The position numbers were made by a program, and so were the translations under genes. The notes below the pieces were generated by a model, which was not told the DNA's origin, searched no databases, and saw only the letters and a list, made by a program, of their open reading frames with translations. Of a stretch of DNA of 64,000 nt, positions 59,458-64,000 are shown piece after piece. The stretch is taken from NCBI GenBank assembly GCA_903879985.1, contig CAIRNR010000007.1, positions 216,079-280,078 on the forward strand, written 5' to 3'. The stretch's first letter is position 1. Each line of letters opens with the position of its first letter. Origin of the DNA: an uncultured candidate division WWE3 bacterium. GTDB taxonomy: Bacteria > Patescibacteriota > WWE3 > UBA101185 > UBA10185.

Positions 59458-61041
59458 ATGTATTGGCCAGAAACACTCTCAAAAGACATCCAAAATAAGC
59501 TTAGTGGACCTTATCATGTTGACGATATGAAAACGCCATCGGGACAGGTGCACATTGGTGCTCTTCGCGGTGTAATACTTCACGATGTTCTACATAAAGA
59601 GTTTTTAAAAGAAGGTCAAAAATCCGTTTACACATACATTTATAACGATATGGATCCTATGAAAAAGATTCCATCTGATCTTGTTGGCAAAGGTTACGAA
59701 GCCGATTTGGGTAAACCAATTTTTATGATGAAAGCTCCCGAAGGTACTAAGGATTACGCAAGATATTTTGCAGATATTTTTACCGGCGCATTTAACAAAA
59801 TGGGAGCAACACCAGAAATTTTATTTTCCTCCGAAATGTACAAGGCAGGAAAATTTAATGATGTCATTAAAGAAGCATTAGACAAAGTTGAAAACATTAG
59901 AAAAATTTACAGCGAAGTAGCCGGTTACGAAAAACCTGAAAACTGGTTTCCAGTTCAAGTTATTTGTCCAAAATGCGGCAAAGTAGGAACCACAATAGTA
60001 ACGGGTTGGAATGGAAAAGAAGTTGAATTTGAATGTCGCACAGACTTAGTAACATGGGCTCAAGGTTGTGCATACAAAGGTTCTATATCTCCGTTTGATG
60101 GTAATGCAAAACTTATGTGGAAAGTTGATTGGCCAGCTCACTGGAAAGTCCTTGGTGTTAACGTTGAAGGTGCAGGTAAAGATCACTCAAGCGCGGGTGG
60201 CTCACGAGATATGGCAACAGAACTTTGTAAACTTTTTGGAATTCAAGAACCCGCAGATATTCCTTACGAATGGTTTTTAACAAAGGAAGGCAGCAAAATG
60301 TCTACTTCCTCCGGCGTGGGAATGTACGCTAAAGATTTAGTTGAAGTATTACCTCCAGAGGTTGCCAGATTTTTGGTATTAAGAACAAACTACAACACAG
60401 CTATTCTATTTGAACCAGAGGGTGAAACTATTCCAGATTTGTACGACGAATTTGATAGATGCGCGACTAATTTTTACGCGGAAACTCCAGAAGACGCTGA
60501 CGCCGCTAAATATTTTGACGCCGCGATAATTAGGGATCAATTTAAACAGCATAACTTTTTACCACGATTCAGAACATTAAGTAGCTATATACAAATGCCT
60601 TCGATGGACATTCAAAAATGGGCAACGGACGAAAAAGGTTCGGAATTAACACAATTTGAAAAAGACATCCTAAACGAACGAATCGCTTACGCAAAAATCT
60701 GGCTAAACACATACGCTCCAGAAAAATATGTATTTATGTTCAAAACAGAAATTCCAGAAAACGCTACAAAATTAAGTGATGTCCAAAAAAACTTTTTAAA
60801 TAGTGTAACTAAATTAATTAACGAAAAATATATAAACTCCGAGCACACTGCCGACGAATTACAATTTGATATTTTTGAACTTACAAAAGTAGTGGGAATT
60901 CCTTCAAAGGAAGCCTTTAAAGCTATGTATACTTCTCTAATCGGAAAAGAACATGGCCCAAAAGCCGGATGGTTAATTAAAGATATCGGTTACGCAACTG
61001 TGAACGAAAGATTCGAAAAAATATGGAAAAACTCACTGTAG
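59458..61041 (+). CDS. lysS: Lysyl-tRNA synthetase, class I
   Basis: TPSGQVHIG, KLMWKVDWP, GKDH, KMSTS, GPKAG. Confidence 0.95.
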   Translation: MYWPETLSKDIQNKLSGPYHVDDMKTPSGQVHIGALRGVILHDVLHKEFLKEGQKSVYTYIYNDMDPMKKIPSDLVGKGYEADLGKPIFMMKAPEGTKDYARYFADIFTGAFNKMGATPEILFSSEMYKAGKFNDVIKEALDKVENIRKIYSEVAGYEKPENWFPVQVICPKCGKVGTTIVTGWNGKEVEFECRTDLVTWAQGCAYKGSISPFDGNAKLMWKVDWPAHWKVLGVNVEGAGKDHSSAGGSRDMATELCKLFGIQEPADIPYEWFLTKEGSKMSTSSGVGMYAKDLVEVLPPEVARFLVLRTNYNTAILFEPEGETIPDLYDEFDRCATNFYAETPEDADAAKYFDAAIIRDQFKQHNFLPRFRTLSSYIQMPSMDIQKWATDEKGSELTQFEKDILNERIAYAKIWLNTYAPEKYVFMFKTEIPENATKLSDVQKNFLNSVTKLINEKYINSEHTADELQFDIFELTKVVGIPSKEAFKAMYTSLIGKEHGPKAGWLIKDIGYATVNERFEKIWKNSL

Positions 61042-61616
61042 AAAACGCCAATAAACTTCTAATTACTCATATGCAAAATCAAAATTTAAGAAGACACTGC
61101 TATGCGGTTGGAAAAACTTTGTCTGCATTTTACGATCTATACAAAAATCAAAACCGCGAAATAGGATCACTTTCTAAAGAACAATGGGAAACAATTGGAA
61201 TATTGCATGACGCTGATTGGGAAGAAACAAAGGATGTACCTGAGAAACACACTGTTTTAACTTTAGAATGGTTTAAAGAATATGACGTTCCTGAAGAAAT
61301 GGTTAATGTAATAAAATCTCACAACAATAAAATGACTCACCTGCGCGAACCCGAAACGTTATTAGAATGGACCTTGGAATGCGTTGACGAGCTTACAGGT
61401 TTTATCGTAGCCGTTACCTTAGTATTACCCTCAAAAAAGTTAGAAGATGTAAAACCCGAATCAGTGTTGAAAAAATTTAAACAAAAAGAGTTTGCAAAAG
61501 CTGTTGATCGATCTCAGATGGAACAATGTGAAGAGAAGATTCAGGTTGATATTAATACTTTGGTTGAAACAACGTTAAAAGCTATGCAAGAGAATCATGA
61601 GCTGTTAGGTCTTTAA
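61023..61616 (+). CDS. HD-domain hydrolase
   Basis: NLRRHCYAV, LHDADWE, SHN, DELTGFI. Confidence 0.88.
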   Translation: MEKLTVENANKLLITHMQNQNLRRHCYAVGKTLSAFYDLYKNQNREIGSLSKEQWETIGILHDADWEETKDVPEKHTVLTLEWFKEYDVPEEMVNVIKSHNNKMTHLREPETLLEWTLECVDELTGFIVAVTLVLPSKKLEDVKPESVLKKFKQKEFAKAVDRSQMEQCEEKIQVDINTLVETTLKAMQENHELLGL

Positions 61617-61628
61617 TTTTTCCTTTTT

Positions 61629-61829
61629 ACTACGTTCATAAAAAAACAATTCGGCAAGCCTCATGGTTTTTTATTCGCAGTAGCTCATAAAAAACTAAGA
61701 GCGGCTTCCATATGGTCGAACCGCCCTTAGCAACATTCAAAAGTCCAATTGTTACTCCCGAGCAGATGCGTGAGAGCAACCAAGCAACCAGAGAACAAAG
61801 TTACTTTCGAGCTAATGCGAGAAAGCAAC
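61629..61829. repeat. Cluster of REP-like palindromes including a 30-bp imperfect direct repeat
   Basis: 61751-61780 GTTACTCCCGAGCAGATGCGTGAGAGCAAC versus 61800-61829 GTTACTTTCGAGCTAATGCGAGAAAGCAAC; further hairpins at about 61629-61684 and 61695-61730. Confidence 0.6.
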
Positions 61830-61842
61830 GAAGTAATCATCG

Positions 61843-61938
61843 TTACTTTTTCTTAGCTTTTTTAGCGACTTTCTTTACTGTTTTCTTTACTACTTTTTTA
61901 GCGACTTTCTTTGCGACTTTCTTTTTCTTTACTACCAT
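61843..61938 (-). CDS. 31-aa Lys-rich microprotein (histone-H1-tail-like)
   Basis: Not in ORF track. AGGAGGTG SD, then MVVKKKKVAKKVAKKVVKKTVKKVAKKAKKK-stop. Confidence 0.75.
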   Translation of the reverse strand: MVVKKKKVAKKVAKKVVKKTVKKVAKKAKKK

Positions 61939-62095
61939 CTAAATCACCTCCTAAAAAAATTTTAGGACTCCCCATAAAACTGAGTTAGTCCTAGTTTAGA
62001 ATATTCGAGCAGAAATAAAAACGTTTAATATTCATTTGTATGTTAATTACACAAATATTCTGACAATTTGTCAATAATTTTGATATTATTTATAT

Positions 62096-63334
62096 ATGAA
62101 TGAACCAAAAGTTAACAAAAATTTTATAGATGATACAAAAATTCCAATAGAAGAAAAAGAAAAAGTAATTAAACGTAAGAAAGTTTTATTCACTATAACC
62201 TCGTGGATAGTGACGTTGTGTATAGTTATTCCTCTACTTGGTTTTGGATCTTATAAATTTTATGTTTCGTACATACGCAATGTAACCATCCCAATAATAA
62301 AACAAACACCAACGCCATCTCCAACAAAAAGCGGTGCAAATTCAGAACCAATTGTTTCAAATGAATATAGCAGCGATAATTTACGAGTAAATATTACCTA
62401 TTTAAGTGATGCAAAAGTTACCGACTCACCAGAAGTTAACGGACAATCCAGAACGCTTGTTGTACTTTATACAAAAGATGACACCAGCAAAGACACGTGG
62501 ACAGAAGATAATTTAGCAAACGGATATATTTTTAAAGTAACAACTTTTGATACACAAATAAGAGATTTGGATGAAATTGTTAATGTTAAATTAGCAAGTT
62601 ATACAGCCAATTGCGCGGCGACAGCAGTGTTTAGCAAAATAACCGATACAACAGTAAATTTCGAACCAGCTAAAACTTTTACAATTCAAAACTGTAATGG
62701 TGATTATGTAATAACGTATGTTTCAAAATTTAATACCAACTACGAAATTACACGCATATTTAGAGGTGATGTAGGTTATCGCCAACTATATCAAAGTAAT
62801 GCAAACGATATTTATAACAGCTTAACTTTTTATCCTGAGGGAGGACCTGTTGGACCAACGGAAACGTACACAAATACAGACTACGGATTTGCATTCGTAC
62901 ATCCTCATCTGGATTCAGCATGCTGTAACGTTCCAGCACCAACATTAAAAAATCCGGAAAAAATAATTTCTCTCGGAAATAAATACACCTACGTAGATAA
63001 AAATAATTTTGATGGAATAGGGTTCTATGCATTTAGACTTAACGACCAATATAATTTTCAGCAATATGTTACCAATAATAGAAAAGCTTTAACCGACGAT
63101 TACATGGTAGTTCGTGGCGTTCCACCAAAAGCACAAGATACTGAAATGAAAATTGGGGGTAAAAATGCAATTTTATTGCACGGATATTCTTGGCAAGGAA
63201 ACGACTTAATATTTGTGGATGTGGAAAAAGATTTCGGAAAATCATATGCGTTAATAATTTCAATAAAAAATACTTCTGGAGATGCCTTCCAAAAAACTAT
63301 AGATGATCTGTTGAAGTCATTTAAGTTTAATTAA
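62096..63334 (+). CDS. Membrane-anchored extracytoplasmic protein, possibly two PsbP-like domains
   Basis: Single TM, Pro/Thr linker, YTNTDYGFAF..P and IDDLLKSFKF patterns. Confidence 0.7.
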   Translation: MNEPKVNKNFIDDTKIPIEEKEKVIKRKKVLFTITSWIVTLCIVIPLLGFGSYKFYVSYIRNVTIPIIKQTPTPSPTKSGANSEPIVSNEYSSDNLRVNITYLSDAKVTDSPEVNGQSRTLVVLYTKDDTSKDTWTEDNLANGYIFKVTTFDTQIRDLDEIVNVKLASYTANCAATAVFSKITDTTVNFEPAKTFTIQNCNGDYVITYVSKFNTNYEITRIFRGDVGYRQLYQSNANDIYNSLTFYPEGGPVGPTETYTNTDYGFAFVHPHLDSACCNVPAPTLKNPEKIISLGNKYTYVDKNNFDGIGFYAFRLNDQYNFQQYVTNNRKALTDDYMVVRGVPPKAQDTEMKIGGKNAILLHGYSWQGNDLIFVDVEKDFGKSYALIISIKNTSGDAFQKTIDDLLKSFKFN

Positions 63335-63335
63335 T

Positions 63336-64000
63336 ATGCCACTAAAGATATACGACAAAAAACTTGATTATTCTTACACGTACGGTGTCTTCCCAACGCT
63401 AGACTTGTTTAAGTTCAAACGAGATAAAATCGTGAGAATTATTCTAAATACAGAAGGCATCCGCAACGAAGGTTACCACGTGCTCGAAGAAGTATGTAAA
63501 GAAAAAGGTGTGCCTCTTGATTACGATAACAAGTTTATTAAAAGTATTTCAGCTAAAGACAACACTTACGCCGTAGGCATGTTTCGCAAATACGAAACTA
63601 AGTTGGCCGAAAATGAAAACCACGTGGTTTTAGTAAATCCAAGCAACACAGGAAACCTAGGCACAATAATTAGAACCATGGTTGGTTTTGGATATCATAA
63701 CCTGGCCATAATAAAGCCGGCCGTGGATATATTTGAACCAAAAGTTGTTAGATCCTCAATGGGAAGTTTCTTCAACTTAAACTTTGAATACTTTGATACT
63801 TTTGAGGAATATCAAACCAGATTCAGTAACAAGCCATACACATTTATGCTTGATGGGGCGACAGAAATTAATGAAGTGAAATTTGAAAAACCTTTCGCTC
63901 TTGTTTTTGGTAACGAAAGCCAAGGGCTAGAGGCTAAATATCAAAAGGTCGGCCAAAGTGTGTACATTAAGCATAATGATGAAATTGATTCTTTGAATTT
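63336..64000 (+). CDS. TrmH/SpoU-family RNA methyltransferase (runs off window)
   Basis: Not in ORF track. MPLKIYDKKLDYSYTYGVFPT..NPSNTGNLGTIIRTM..VFGNESQGL..IDSLN. Confidence 0.9.
   Translation, partial: MPLKIYDKKLDYSYTYGVFPTLDLFKFKRDKIVRIILNTEGIRNEGYHVLEEVCKEKGVPLDYDNKFIKSISAKDNTYAVGMFRKYETKLAENENHVVLVNPSNTGNLGTIIRTMVGFGYHNLAIIKPAVDIFEPKVVRSSMGSFFNLNFEYFDTFEEYQTRFSNKPYTFMLDGATEINEVKFEKPFALVFGNESQGLEAKYQKVGQSVYIKHNDEIDSLN

Noticed and set aside
61751-61829. Possible mini-CRISPR array
   Set aside because: Only two imperfect units, a 19-bp spacer and no cas genes
61712-61942. Plus-strand 76-aa ORF with FFLAFLATFF repeats
   Set aside because: Antisense shadow of the Lys-rich microprotein, which has the SD; its 5' half runs through palindromic repeats
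1787-63263. Many short ORFs overlapping housekeeping genes (e.g. 1787, 2147, 13632, 30083, 34354, 40942, 42966, 48994, 52631)
   Set aside because: Antisense or alternate-frame shadows of well-supported genes with no motifs or initiation signals
1-64000. Alternative genetic code (TGA=Gly) as in Gracilibacteria/Absconditabacteria
   Set aside because: Genes are full length in code 11, some end in TGA, and RF2 is present

Overview
AT-rich, gene-dense chromosomal segment of a bacterium using standard genetic code 11. The gene content and protein style (short IF2, class I LysRS, archaeal-type AspRS, many probably leaderless genes) suggest Patescibacteria/CPR, possibly WWE3/Microgenomates-like; this placement is an inference. 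Most of the window is housekeeping: rpoBC, secA/D/F, the alpha ribosomal operon plus rplM-rpsI, prfB, ftsK, rnj, pnp-rpsO, nusA-infB, recA-recX-rny-ymdB-hup, several tRNA synthetases and greA. I found no rRNA, tRNA, transposase, integrase or CRISPR array. Main points of interest: (1) an XRE / RadC-TasA-like-SipW module resembling a Bacillus-type fibre system; (2) a membrane-anchored Clp/Hsp100 ATPase lacking both pore-loop tyrosines, and a Lon AAA+ module with no protease domain; (3) a three-copy covarying double-palindrome fused to the -10 boxes of dnaJ, the lon-like gene and gltX; (4) self-contained orphan genes (promoter, SD, ORF, bulged terminator), several sharing a GCTATAGG-TTG promoter motif; (5) an unlisted 31-aa Lys-rich microprotein; (6) several structured leaders or ncRNA candidates; (7) an orphan YezG-like immunity gene. 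All family assignments are from motif recognition by eye, not database searches.
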